From Candidatus Latescibacterota bacterium (GTDB lineage: Bacteria > Latescibacterota > UBA2968), in contig OZ241986.1 in NCBI GenBank assembly GCA_965204375.1, positions 1,920,001 through 1,984,000 of the forward strand: a stretch of DNA of 64,000 bases, in the 5' to 3' direction. Position 1 is the stretch's first letter. Every line of letters starts with the position of its first letter. The notes beneath the pieces are model-generated. The model ran no database searches and was not told the DNA's origin. It was given only the letters and a program-made list of their open reading frames with translations. Of this stretch, positions 17,778 to 27,380 are shown one piece after another. Made by a program: the position numbers and the translations under genes.

Positions 17778-19622
17778 CTAAATACACCGCTCCAGCGCAC
17801 CGATCAAATCTTCGGTCTGCGCGAACAAAGCCTGCATCTGTTCTGCCGAAATCTGCCCCGGCGCAAACCGCGCCTGATCGCATTGACCAAATACGTCTTG
17901 AACGCCTGCAATCACCTGTGCATCTACACCGCTTTCCGCCAGCACAGCACCAATCTGGTCCGCCGTTAAACCCGCCGCTGCGCGATTGGTTCGATCTGCG
18001 AAAAACTGTGCCAAAGACCTGTGAACTTCACCGTGAAAACCCGCGCTATCGCCCGCCTCCATTAACCCTTTAGCCTTGCCCAAACGCCGCTGTACTTCCG
18101 AGCGCGAACGCCTTCTGCGCGCATAAGCCACATCGCCTTCTAAACGCACGCGATGACGTCGATAAGCATAAGCACCGGCCACTCCCAAAACGGGAACCAG
18201 TTGCAAAAGCCAAAACCCACTGCGCTGATAAAGTAACAAGCCCTGATCGGCCAAATGCATCCGGTCAGGTTTGATATACCGGATATCGCTCCCCAATGCA
18301 CGCACTTCTTCACCTATCAACCCATCAACCGGCTGCGGCATCTGTTCACCCGGCGTCACATGCAAAGTAATCGGTTTGGTCTGCGCGGTTTTATACCGCT
18401 TCTGCACAGGATCAAAATAGGCCAGTGTAAAAGGCGGCAATATCACCTGCCCTATTTTATGTGGAATCGCCACATACTCAAAAGTTTTTTGTCCGCTTAT
18501 GCGCGTGCCACGCTTTCGCGTTTCCAAATTCGTCTTGGGATCATAAAACTTAAAACCCGACCGCTCCGGACGAACAGGCTCGTTAATCGCGTGCAAATTT
18601 CCCGCCCCCTGCACCACTATCTTCACCGCAACGGGATCACCGGCTTTCACCGTACCTGGAATCGCCTCAGCGCGCATCTCAAATTGCCCAACGGTGCCGC
18701 CAAACCCCTTCGGCGCACCAGCGGGCAACGGCTTCACCTCAATTTCAATATCGCCTGACCGCACCGTCACTTGCTGCGTATCAAATGTATTAAATGGATC
18801 AAAATCGAACAGACTGCGCGGCCGTCGCCCCGCAACAATTTCGCAATTCACCTCAAGTTGCTCCAGGGTGTGCTTACCTGCCGTTGTCGGAAATAGCACC
18901 AAACGCTTGAGCAACGCCGTATTAAACGCGCGCCCATCGACAACCTCCCGCTGCATATTCAAACGCTGGGCATCAAACACAGTCTCTGCCCAAAATCCGG
19001 TAAACGTCGGCACATGGCCGTATTGCACATTTCGCAAATCATAGCGCGTAAACAATTTATAGGTCACCCCCACCTGTTCCCCCACATAAACCGCTCGTTT
19101 TTCGGGAATCGTCTGCAAAAACAAATTTTGTTCAATCTCCTGAATCTCTGACTGTCCCATTGACCGTCCCGTTGATGGCGCAGGGCGCGTCTGAGGGCGA
19201 CCACTTCTTTTCACTACCTCAACGCGCACCTGATCAGACCGAATCGTCTTATCTTCATGGATCAACTGTGCCGGACCGAGCACATAAGTGCCAGCTCTCT
19301 GTGCGCGAAAAGAGAAATGATATGTCGTCGTGCGCTTTGTAGTCATCGTACCATTGACAATGTTGACGGACATCGACGTAGAAGACGTACTCCCCGTCAA
19401 TTGCAACCCGTCAGGCGTGGGAACCTGGGGTGCAGACACACTCCCCATCTGTGCGGCCTCCACCTCCACAGTGAACTGAATCAGATCGCCAACTTCGACC
19501 CGAGTGCGATTCACCGAAGCCTGCATAGACACATCCTGTGCATCAACCCCCTGTGCCCATAATAGAGCAAACAAAACACCGCACAAAAATATCCATCTCT
19601 CCCTACCACGCATTGCCGTCAT
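17778..19622 (-). CDS. batD: BatD family protein
   Basis: ASVNRTRVEVGD, VYVGEQV, VKPLP..AP.GF.G.VGQF, GAGNL, YFDP...Y, DIRYIK; position in Bat cluster. Confidence 0.85.
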   Translation of the reverse strand: MTAMRGRERWIFLCGVLFALLWAQGVDAQDVSMQASVNRTRVEVGDLIQFTVEVEAAQMGSVSAPQVPTPDGLQLTGSTSSTSMSVNIVNGTMTTKRTTTYHFSFRAQRAGTYVLGPAQLIHEDKTIRSDQVRVEVVKRSGRPQTRPAPSTGRSMGQSEIQEIEQNLFLQTIPEKRAVYVGEQVGVTYKLFTRYDLRNVQYGHVPTFTGFWAETVFDAQRLNMQREVVDGRAFNTALLKRLVLFPTTAGKHTLEQLEVNCEIVAGRRPRSLFDFDPFNTFDTQQVTVRSGDIEIEVKPLPAGAPKGFGGTVGQFEMRAEAIPGTVKAGDPVAVKIVVQGAGNLHAINEPVRPERSGFKFYDPKTNLETRKRGTRISGQKTFEYVAIPHKIGQVILPPFTLAYFDPVQKRYKTAQTKPITLHVTPGEQMPQPVDGLIGEEVRALGSDIRYIKPDRMHLADQGLLLYQRSGFWLLQLVPVLGVAGAYAYRRHRVRLEGDVAYARRRRSRSEVQRRLGKAKGLMEAGDSAGFHGEVHRSLAQFFADRTNRAAAGLTADQIGAVLAESGVDAQVIAGVQDVFGQCDQARFAPGQISAEQMQALFAQTEDLIGALERCI

Positions 19623-20349
19623 ATCTCCTGCCTCGCAACTTCAATTTGCGTCGCTTTTGGGATTCTTCCTCTCGCGCCTTCATCGCATTGAGAATCCGCG
19701 CCGCCTCCTCGGGCGTCATCTCTCTGGGATCGGGCTGTTCGCCCTGCTGTTGTTTTTGCTGATCCTGCTGATCTTGCTGATTCTGTTGATCCTGCTGATC
19801 TTGCTGATTCTGTTGATCCTGCTGATCCTGGTTATCCTGATTATCCTGATTATCCTGTTGATCTTGTTGATCCTGGTTATCCTGTTGATCTTGTTGATCC
19901 TGATTCTGATTTTTATCCTGCTGATTCTGATCCAGTTTTTCCAGTGCCAATTCTAAATTTATTTTGGCGTCTATATCATCCGAATTCAGTTCCAATGATT
20001 TTTTATAAGCCCCTACAGCTTCCTGGAACTTCTCTTGCCGAAACAGCGCATTGCCCAAATTGTAATGTGCCGCAGCAGACATATCCGGAGGAGTGCCTTC
20101 GGTGGCACGCCCCATCTCCTGCAAAGCCTCGGCATATTTCCCCTGCTTGTAGAGCGCATCGCCAGCATTAAAATGCAACTCCGGTCGCGTGCGCGCCTCT
20201 TGTTGCGCTTCCAAATACCGACGCAACGCCGCTTCGTACTCCCCCTTTTCAAATAGAGCATTGCCCTCTTCATTCTTTTTTGCCACGGGATCGAGAAATG
20301 TCCACCCCAAAAATGGCAACATCAGCAAGACATATAAAAATCGCTTCAT
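19603..20349 (-). CDS. batC: BatC-like TPR protein with Q/D/N-rich linker
   Basis: HYNLGNALF..EKFQEAVGAYKKSL..NS.D.DAKINLELAL; QDQQDN repeats; MTPEEAARIL..M...E tail. Confidence 0.85.
   Translation of the reverse strand: MKRFLYVLLMLPFLGWTFLDPVAKKNEEGNALFEKGEYEAALRRYLEAQQEARTRPELHFNAGDALYKQGKYAEALQEMGRATEGTPPDMSAAAHYNLGNALFRQEKFQEAVGAYKKSLELNSDDIDAKINLELALEKLDQNQQDKNQNQDQQDQQDNQDQQDQQDNQDNQDNQDQQDQQNQQDQQDQQNQQDQQDQQKQQQGEQPDPREMTPEEAARILNAMKAREEESQKRRKLKLRGRRYDGNAW
19747..19932 (-). repeat. Degenerate 9-nt tandem repeats encoding (QD/QN/QQ)n
   Basis: Units such as GATCCTGCT/GATCTTGTT; exact 27-nt duplication at 19761-19814. Confidence 0.9.
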
Positions 20350-20366
20350 AACCTCACGTCCATAGT

Positions 20367-21392
20367 CTAAGTCTCAAATCGTCCGCGCCACACTTCTTCA
20401 CTGCGTCGCCGATCCGATAACAGGGCTTCGCTCACAAAACACAACAGCGCGAAAGCCAACGGCCATTGAAACCTGTGAATATACTGTGCGTAACGCTGCG
20501 TACCCAAATCGCGTTTCTCCATCTCTGCAATCCGTTCATGCACCGCCTGCAATCCAATCCCCCCACCGCTGGCGCGCACATATAATCCATCGGTCACACG
20601 CGCAATCTCCTTCAAAGTTGCTTCATCCAAACGCGTCTTGACAATTTTGCCCTCAGCATCCTTCAAATAATCTACCCTATTGCCATCGCGGACCGGAATC
20701 AACTCACCTTCCGCAGTCCCCACACCCACAGCAAAAATTCGTACATCCTCCTCCGCTGCCGCTCGCGCTGCTGCAATGGGATCACCCCCGTGATTTTCAC
20801 CATCCGTAATCAAAATGAGCGCTTTGTATTTCCCATTGCGCGACCCAAATCCTCGAATGGCGGCGCGAATCGCTTCGGCAACCGCTGTACCCTGCTCTGA
20901 AATCAATGTGACATCTGCCTGTCCCAAAAACATCTTTGCCGCGCCATAGTCCAGCGTAAGCGGACAGAGTACATGGCTATAACCGGCAAAAGCCACCAGG
21001 CCGATGCGGTCGCCTTCAAGGCGATCGATCAACCCCTCAATTTCAAAACGCGCACGATCCAGCCTGTTGGGTTTAATATCCTCAGCCAACATACTCAACG
21101 AAGTATCCAGAACAATTACCAGATCTACGCCACGACGATGAATCAATTCCAATTCGGTGCCAAACTGCGGTTGCACCAGTGCCAGAATCAGAAAAACAAA
21201 CCCGATACACATCAGCGCGGATTTTATGCCTTGCCGCATGCGACTGACACCCGAAGCGAGTTTATCCATCAACTCGGGAGCACCAAACGCATACAGTGCC
21301 CTGCGCTTGCGCCGAAAAGCCCACCAGTAAAAAAGCGCGAAAACCGGCACGCATAATAGGAAATAAAAAGCCTGTGGATCGCCAAATCGCAT
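20367..21392 (-). CDS. batB: BatB-like vWA domain protein
   Basis: LDTSLSMLAEDIKPNRL (MIDAS), DRIGLVAFAG, PLTLDY, LITDGENH. Confidence 0.88.
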   Translation of the reverse strand: MRFGDPQAFYFLLCVPVFALFYWWAFRRKRRALYAFGAPELMDKLASGVSRMRQGIKSALMCIGFVFLILALVQPQFGTELELIHRRGVDLVIVLDTSLSMLAEDIKPNRLDRARFEIEGLIDRLEGDRIGLVAFAGYSHVLCPLTLDYGAAKMFLGQADVTLISEQGTAVAEAIRAAIRGFGSRNGKYKALILITDGENHGGDPIAAARAAAEEDVRIFAVGVGTAEGELIPVRDGNRVDYLKDAEGKIVKTRLDEATLKEIARVTDGLYVRASGGGIGLQAVHERIAEMEKRDLGTQRYAQYIHRFQWPLAFALLCFVSEALLSDRRRSEEVWRGRFET

Positions 21393-22391
21393 CTAAGGCA
21401 ACCTCCGAAATCGCGTATTGCCCAGTATCAATTCTAATAATAGTAACGCCAACCCTGGATAGAGAAACAGGTGAAACAATTCGCGATAATCCACATACTC
21501 GCGCACTTTGATCTCGGTCTTTTCCATTTCGCCAATCTCAGCGTATATCTCCTCCAGCTTTTCTTCACTCGTCGCTCTAAAATATCTCCCACCCGTTGCA
21601 TCCGCCACTTTTTTAAGCGTTTCTTCATCAATCTCAACTTTGACCGGCACAAATCGCTTGCCAAAAACCCCATCAACCTCCTGCATAATCGTTCCCCTGC
21701 TACCCGCACCAATCGCATAAATACGAATACCCACAGCCTCTGCTGCGCGCGCTGCGGTCATCGGGTCAATCTCACCGCGATTATTCTTCCCATCGGTCAA
21801 CAAAATAATCACCTTACTCTTAGCCTCAGATTCTCGCAAACGATTCACCGCAGTTGCGATCCCCAAACCAATCGCAGTGCCATCCCAGTCCTTGGTGGCA
21901 ATTTCAACACCTTCGAGAAAACTCAAAAATACGCCGTAATCCAGCGTAAGCGGACATTGCGTATAGGCTTCTGCGGCAAAGACCACAAGCCCCAGGCGAT
22001 CATTGGCACGCCCCTGTGCAAATTGCGCCACCACCTCTTTACACACTTCCAACCGCGTCTTGCGCTGGTCCGCCAGATCTTTGGCCTCCATACTGCTCGA
22101 AACATCAATCGCCAGCGCAATATCAATACCCTGGCTCAAAATTTCTCGGCCCTCACGCCCCGACTGCGGCCGCGCCATCGCCGCGATGAGCAAAGCCAGA
22201 GCCACACAGCGAAACGCGATCAAACTGTGCCGCAACTTTAAAAAAAAGGACGGGCCAATACGCCGAAAAAGGCGCGTATCGGAAAAACGAATGCGCCCCG
22301 ACTTGCGCCTTTCGCGCCCAATATAGCGATAGATGAGCACCGGAATAAACAACAGGAGCAGTAACCACTCTGGATTGGCAAAACGCATCAC
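21393..22391 (-). CDS. batA: BatA-like vWA domain protein
   Basis: FANPEWLLLL, ARPQ, IDVSSSM, GTAIGLGIATAVNRL, SKVIILLTDGKNNRG, TGGRYFRA. Confidence 0.9.
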   Translation of the reverse strand: MMRFANPEWLLLLLFIPVLIYRYIGRERRKSGRIRFSDTRLFRRIGPSFFLKLRHSLIAFRCVALALLIAAMARPQSGREGREILSQGIDIALAIDVSSSMEAKDLADQRKTRLEVCKEVVAQFAQGRANDRLGLVVFAAEAYTQCPLTLDYGVFLSFLEGVEIATKDWDGTAIGLGIATAVNRLRESEAKSKVIILLTDGKNNRGEIDPMTAARAAEAVGIRIYAIGAGSRGTIMQEVDGVFGKRFVPVKVEIDEETLKKVADATGGRYFRATSEEKLEEIYAEIGEMEKTEIKVREYVDYRELFHLFLYPGLALLLLELILGNTRFRRLP

Positions 22392-23305
22392 TCGGCTACC
22401 TCCTGTGTCACAGAAGGTGTAACCAGAATGCTCACAATGTCGCGCACACCATCCATCGCCTCGTGCGCCATGTAATCACGCGGTGCAAATTTGGCAAACT
22501 TGACCCGATCTGCTTCATTCAAAAAACCTTCTATAGCCATTACCAATTGATCGTCAAATGCTTGGGCGCGCAAATCCCGCCCAATCTCAAACGTCGTACG
22601 CTCCACTGCATGTACGGGGGTTTTGGCTTCCAAACACCGTCTCAAAACAGCCGACAATAGAGAATAATACTGCCGGTAATTTTCCCGCTCTATCAGCCCC
22701 AACTGCCCCACCCTGTCCAATTCCTCTAACCAGTTGACAGGCGGCGGTGGCAACTCGACTTCCGGGCGATGCCTGCGTCGATAAACATACCAGACCAACC
22801 CTGCAAGCAATAGAATTAGCCCACCAACCGCCAGCCAAAACCACGCGGGGATCTGTGCTACAATAACCCTGGGAGGCTTCACATCGCGAATATCCGTTGT
22901 GCCTTCTGGCCTTACACTCTGCACCAGCACATCAATGGGTTGCGACGTGATTTTTCCAGAATCGCCCTCTGCATCAACAAAATGCAAGGAAACGGGTGGC
23001 ACGCGGAACGCGCCCACCTGATAAATCGCCAGCACAATGTCTTGCGTTTCCCTCACCCGTCCATTTTCGAGTTGCTCTGTTTCAACCCCACCCGTGTGCC
23101 GAATTTCGAATGGCCGGGGAAAATCTTTTCCATACGAGATTTCCGCCTTATCATCAGTCCCGCGATGGACGCGCAGACGCAAAACAAAAGGGTCGCCAAT
23201 TGTAATGGTATCGCGGTCAACCCCCGTCAAAAATTCTACCGCTGCATCGGTCGGAACCGTTTGTATCCCGGTCCACATTGCGAATAAAAAATAAATCGCA
23301 CGCAT
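22388..23305 (-). CDS. Bat-cluster membrane protein (Ig-like domain + TM + DUF4381-like tail)
   Basis: DRDTITIGD, DIRDVKPP, TM helix, YYSLLS..LR..LE...AVERTT.E, ADRVKFAK. Confidence 0.7.
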   Translation of the reverse strand: MRAIYFLFAMWTGIQTVPTDAAVEFLTGVDRDTITIGDPFVLRLRVHRGTDDKAEISYGKDFPRPFEIRHTGGVETEQLENGRVRETQDIVLAIYQVGAFRVPPVSLHFVDAEGDSGKITSQPIDVLVQSVRPEGTTDIRDVKPPRVIVAQIPAWFWLAVGGLILLLAGLVWYVYRRRHRPEVELPPPPVNWLEELDRVGQLGLIERENYRQYYSLLSAVLRRCLEAKTPVHAVERTTFEIGRDLRAQAFDDQLVMAIEGFLNEADRVKFAKFAPRDYMAHEAMDGVRDIVSILVTPSVTQEVAE

Positions 23306-23314
23306 TACCGTCCA

Positions 23315-24682
23315 TTATGCTCCATCTTGTATCGCGCCCGAAGTCCAATTGAGTTGCAACCACGACATCACCGAATACGGCAACACAACCACCTCGCGGT
23401 GTGTTTTGGCCGTACCGTACCAAAAATTGTTGGCATGCCCGATGATTAGCTCTTGCACCAGTGTTTCGCTCCGCCACAGAGAAACCGTCAACACGGGATC
23501 ATCCAAACTATCCGCGGCAGATTTATCCACTTGATCGGGAAACTCGGCAACGACCAGATTGTGAACGCGATCTATCAAATCTTCAACGTCGGCGTCCCCT
23601 TTGACAACGCGCCCATCCCCCATTACCATCTGCCACGAGCCATCGTCATTCTTTGCGCAATTCACCACGCTGTCTCGATATGCCAACCGCACGCGATCAA
23701 CACCCGTGCGATCAAATTCAAAAACGCGCTTGTAACGCAATCGACTCAATGGTATATCCAGAGATTCTGCGAGCAATTGTTCGACGATAAACACCTGTGG
23801 CCGACTCATTACGCGCCCATACCACAGTTTCTGCCGATTATCGGGAACGCACTTACCCAGCAACAGTGTATTGGACATTTCATTGTCTTTTAAATGCAAT
23901 ACAACTTTGTAATCCGGATCGTCGAACCCGTAAATTGTGGGGTCATCCACCGCTTCTTTGTAAAAAGATGCAACGCGCTCATCTTTCAACTGTCCCAACA
24001 ATGTCAAAATCTCGCGCGCATCAGCTCGCTCTTTTATCGGCTGAATGAGATGCCACTCCAACCCATCCCGCACGACCTCATAGACGCCTCCAGGCGTTTG
24101 GAAATACGCTCGCGAAACCAGATCGGGATCAAAGGAAAACGCCCGCGTATCGCGCAATGCCATCAGCGGACGATTAAACCGCGCGCGATATTGTTTTTTT
24201 GTTAACACGACCTTGTTTCCGCCCGACCATGTAAAATAGCACCCCAGCTTAGAGGGAATATCATTGCCGAAAAACAACCACATGGGGTCGCCCGATACCG
24301 GTTCAAATCGCACCTCAACCACGGGCGGATCCAGCCCAAAATCAGCGAGATTAGTTCCTGCGTAATCGCCTTCATCAACCACAACTCGACCGCGTTCAAC
24401 AATCTGTGCGATCTCAATCATACCCTCAAATTCTATCCAATCTGCAGGCACTTTCAGCGGCGCGATCAACGTCCATTCATTGCCGCGCTTCTCAGCGACA
24501 AAGTGCCCGTATTCATTGGTCAATGTCAACCGCGCAACGCGGTGCCGATGAACTTCAATAAACGCATTTTTCGCCTCACTCTCGCGTTGTTCCTCTGCCA
24601 TGCGAGGACGTTCATATAAAAAGACAAACCCCACCAGCCCCAAAAGCAAAACCGCCAGAATCGCTGTCACTTTTATACCCAA
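23315..24682 (-). CDS. DUF4340 domain protein
   Basis: N-terminal TM; repeated W.L..P....AD and (F/Y)G(L/F)D.P motifs; follows GldG-like gene. Confidence 0.75.
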   Translation of the reverse strand: MGIKVTAILAVLLLGLVGFVFLYERPRMAEEQRESEAKNAFIEVHRHRVARLTLTNEYGHFVAEKRGNEWTLIAPLKVPADWIEFEGMIEIAQIVERGRVVVDEGDYAGTNLADFGLDPPVVEVRFEPVSGDPMWLFFGNDIPSKLGCYFTWSGGNKVVLTKKQYRARFNRPLMALRDTRAFSFDPDLVSRAYFQTPGGVYEVVRDGLEWHLIQPIKERADAREILTLLGQLKDERVASFYKEAVDDPTIYGFDDPDYKVVLHLKDNEMSNTLLLGKCVPDNRQKLWYGRVMSRPQVFIVEQLLAESLDIPLSRLRYKRVFEFDRTGVDRVRLAYRDSVVNCAKNDDGSWQMVMGDGRVVKGDADVEDLIDRVHNLVVAEFPDQVDKSAADSLDDPVLTVSLWRSETLVQELIIGHANNFWYGTAKTHREVVVLPYSVMSWLQLNWTSGAIQDGA

Positions 24683-24784
24683 AATTCGTTCCTCAGTAGC
24701 CAGTTGTTGGTTGTCAGTGGTTAGTTACCTCTCCCAACCAGCCCCTCTGCTTTCATCTGCCTCATCTGCGTCATCTGCGGATTC

Positions 24785-26173
24785 TCACCGCCTGCGCCAC
24801 CAGACCAGCACCCCCGCGACAATCGGGACGCCTGGCAACACCAGCCAATACACCCACCGAATCCAAAATTCATCGCCCGGATTCAATGTCAGCGGGCGAA
24901 AAAGCGTACTTTTGGGCCGAATCGTAATTTTATCACGCGCCCTGAGCAACCAATTCGCTGCATTCATAAACAAGTCGCCATTGCCCGCCACTTCCACAAA
25001 GCGATTGCTCGCAAAATCTGAATCGCCAAATACCACAATCCGCGCCCGCGCGCCACGCCGATCATCACCCGCCTTTGCAGCAATAGTGGTCGGGCCTTCC
25101 ACGACCATCGCCAGCCACAACGGTCCCGGGCGGTCTGTACCCGATGTGTATTGTACCGCCTCTTTGTCTTTAGCGGAAACAGCATCCAAATTGGTCTCAC
25201 TCCAACTGTTCGGCGAAGACAGCACCAGCGAAGAAACATCAGCACCAGGCAAAGATCCCACGCGTTCCATCGAGCGCGTCAGCGGATAAAACGTCTGCAA
25301 TCCCGAATGCTTATCCGTAATGGGATGTTTACTATAATGTGTCGTCACGGGAACCGAAAAATCAGCCCCCGGCAGCACCTGGCTTTTATCAACCACAAAA
25401 TCATTTCGCAGGCCAATAGACCACTTGTGCAACAGCGGCTCAAGCCCTGTATCGATGAGAGGATCCAACAAAAAGAACGCCGCCCCACCCTGATTGAGAT
25501 ACGTCGCTACAATATCGATCTCTGCTGGCAAAAACGGGCGTTTTGGCCCCGCGACAATCAGCGCGTCACAATCTTTTGGCACGCGCTGTGATTGCGCCAG
25601 CACCAGAGATGGACGCACATCGTGGTTGCCTTCGATGAGCAACTGCTTGATCCCGGAAAACCCCTGCTCCGATTGATCGTCGGGATGCGCCTCATCGTGT
25701 CCCCCCACAAAATATACCACCTGCCGCTCTTCACTCATCAAACGCGCAATGCCGTTGGTCAGCGCCTTTTCAGACGTTTCCTGAATCCGCTCTTCCCGAT
25801 TGCCATATTCGATCACCGAAACACCATATCGGGTTACGGTATAGCGCCGGGCCTCAATCGGTTCCCGGTCTGGATCGACAAACCGGTACGCAAAACGCCT
25901 CGAATGATAGGCGTACTGTTTGAGCAAATGCTCGTAATCGAGCTGCTCTGCTTCGCGAAAAAACGCCACGACATTGACATCCTCAGACAAATTTTCCAAA
26001 AGAGAAATCGTTTGGGGCGATAGCGTATAAAGACCGCGAGCCGTCAGATCAAAGCGCGCGTGATACCGCGTGGTCAAAAAATTAACCACCGCCAGAATAC
26101 CCAGCGTGATCAACACTGCTACAAGGGCATTAGACCCGTATTTCAATAGTCGAGGTGATAAAAATTTGGGCAT
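24785..26173 (-). CDS. GldG-like ABC-transporter auxiliary protein
   Basis: RFDLT....YTLSPQT, FVDPDREP, VYFVGGHDE, IVAGPK, VVFGDSDFASN, GNGDLFMNAANWL, C-terminal TM + WWRRR. Confidence 0.85.
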   Translation of the reverse strand: MPKFLSPRLLKYGSNALVAVLITLGILAVVNFLTTRYHARFDLTARGLYTLSPQTISLLENLSEDVNVVAFFREAEQLDYEHLLKQYAYHSRRFAYRFVDPDREPIEARRYTVTRYGVSVIEYGNREERIQETSEKALTNGIARLMSEERQVVYFVGGHDEAHPDDQSEQGFSGIKQLLIEGNHDVRPSLVLAQSQRVPKDCDALIVAGPKRPFLPAEIDIVATYLNQGGAAFFLLDPLIDTGLEPLLHKWSIGLRNDFVVDKSQVLPGADFSVPVTTHYSKHPITDKHSGLQTFYPLTRSMERVGSLPGADVSSLVLSSPNSWSETNLDAVSAKDKEAVQYTSGTDRPGPLWLAMVVEGPTTIAAKAGDDRRGARARIVVFGDSDFASNRFVEVAGNGDLFMNAANWLLRARDKITIRPKSTLFRPLTLNPGDEFWIRWVYWLVLPGVPIVAGVLVWWRRR

Positions 26174-26177
26174 AAAC

Positions 26178-27380
26178 TTATCCTCTATCTCTCCCCCGAG
26201 TAATCAAGTATTCGGCTACTGCGCGTGCGACAATACACTCTTCGTCGGTTTGGACAATCAGAACGGCAACCTCGCTATTAGATGTCGATATCATGCCATC
26301 TGCGGGAGGATCGGCATTTGCGGTCTCGTCGAGATGAACGCCCAGGTATTCAAGACCGATGCAGACGCGTCGGCGCACATTTGCCCCGCGCTCGCCAATG
26401 CCCCCGGCAAAAGCAATCGCATCTAAACCACCCAGTGCAGCAGAGCAAGCTCCGATTTCTCTTTTGATCCCATAACAAAACGCCTCCAGAGCGAGGCGTG
26501 CGCGTGCGTGCCCCTTTTGAGCGGCTTCTTCGAGATCGCGCACATCGCCGCTAATACCCGAAATGCCGAGCAAACCGCTTTCTTCTGATAGGATGCGGCT
26601 CATCTCGCTTGTCGATAAATTTTCGCGGTCCATTATATAGGGAATAATGAACGGATCAATAGTTCCAATGCGCGTGCTATTGATAATGCCTGTTTGAGGC
26701 GAGAAGCCCATCGAGGTGTCTATGGATTGACCACTGCGCACCGCGCACAAAGAGGCACTCCCGCCGAGATGGCAGGATACCATGCGGAGATCCTCGCGGT
26801 TGAGTATTTGCGCCGTGCGTTGCGAAACGTAGCGATGAGACGCGCCGTGGAAACCGTATTTGCGAACCCCGTATTTTTCATACCAGTCGTAGGGGACGCT
26901 GTAAATATAGGCATAATCGGGTATGTTGACGTGGAAGGCAGCTTCAAAAAGTCCAATCAGGGGCAGGTGGGGCGCACATTGCTCGAAAATGCGAATCGCC
27001 TGGATATAGGGCGGGTTATGGGCAGGCGCGAGGCTATTGTAGTCCGCCATGCGCTGCAAAACGTCTTCAGTGAGAAGATAAGTACCCGCTTTTCCGCGCA
27101 TGTGAACAGTCTTGAATCCAACGGCATCGAGGTCAGACAAGTCAGAGAGCACACCGGTGCGCGCATCTGTCAGACGCACAATAACATCGCGTACAGCAGA
27201 TGGATAATCCGGCAAGTGTTGTTCGGTTTCAACTGTGTATTCGCCAATCTGATGGGCAACGGGAGAAGACGAATCGCCGATGCGTTCGAGACGACCTTCG
27301 GCGAGTACCGCTTCATCGGTCATGTCAAACAGGCGATATTTAAATGACGTAGAGCCTGCGTTTGCAATGAGGATTTTCAT
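26178..27380 (-). CDS. ackA: Acetate/propionate kinase
   Basis: ILIANAGSTSFKYRLF, LAPAHNP, RKYGFHGASH, CHLGGSAS, DTSMGFSP, AGGIGE, TDEE. Confidence 0.93.
   Translation of the reverse strand: MKILIANAGSTSFKYRLFDMTDEAVLAEGRLERIGDSSSPVAHQIGEYTVETEQHLPDYPSAVRDVIVRLTDARTGVLSDLSDLDAVGFKTVHMRGKAGTYLLTEDVLQRMADYNSLAPAHNPPYIQAIRIFEQCAPHLPLIGLFEAAFHVNIPDYAYIYSVPYDWYEKYGVRKYGFHGASHRYVSQRTAQILNREDLRMVSCHLGGSASLCAVRSGQSIDTSMGFSPQTGIINSTRIGTIDPFIIPYIMDRENLSTSEMSRILSEESGLLGISGISGDVRDLEEAAQKGHARARLALEAFCYGIKREIGACSAALGGLDAIAFAGGIGERGANVRRRVCIGLEYLGVHLDETANADPPADGMISTSNSEVAVLIVQTDEECIVARAVAEYLITRGRDRG

Noticed and set aside
19747-19932. Tandem repeats as a possible CRISPR or contingency locus
   Set aside because: In-frame low-complexity Q/D/N linker typical of BatC-like proteins; no unique spacers.
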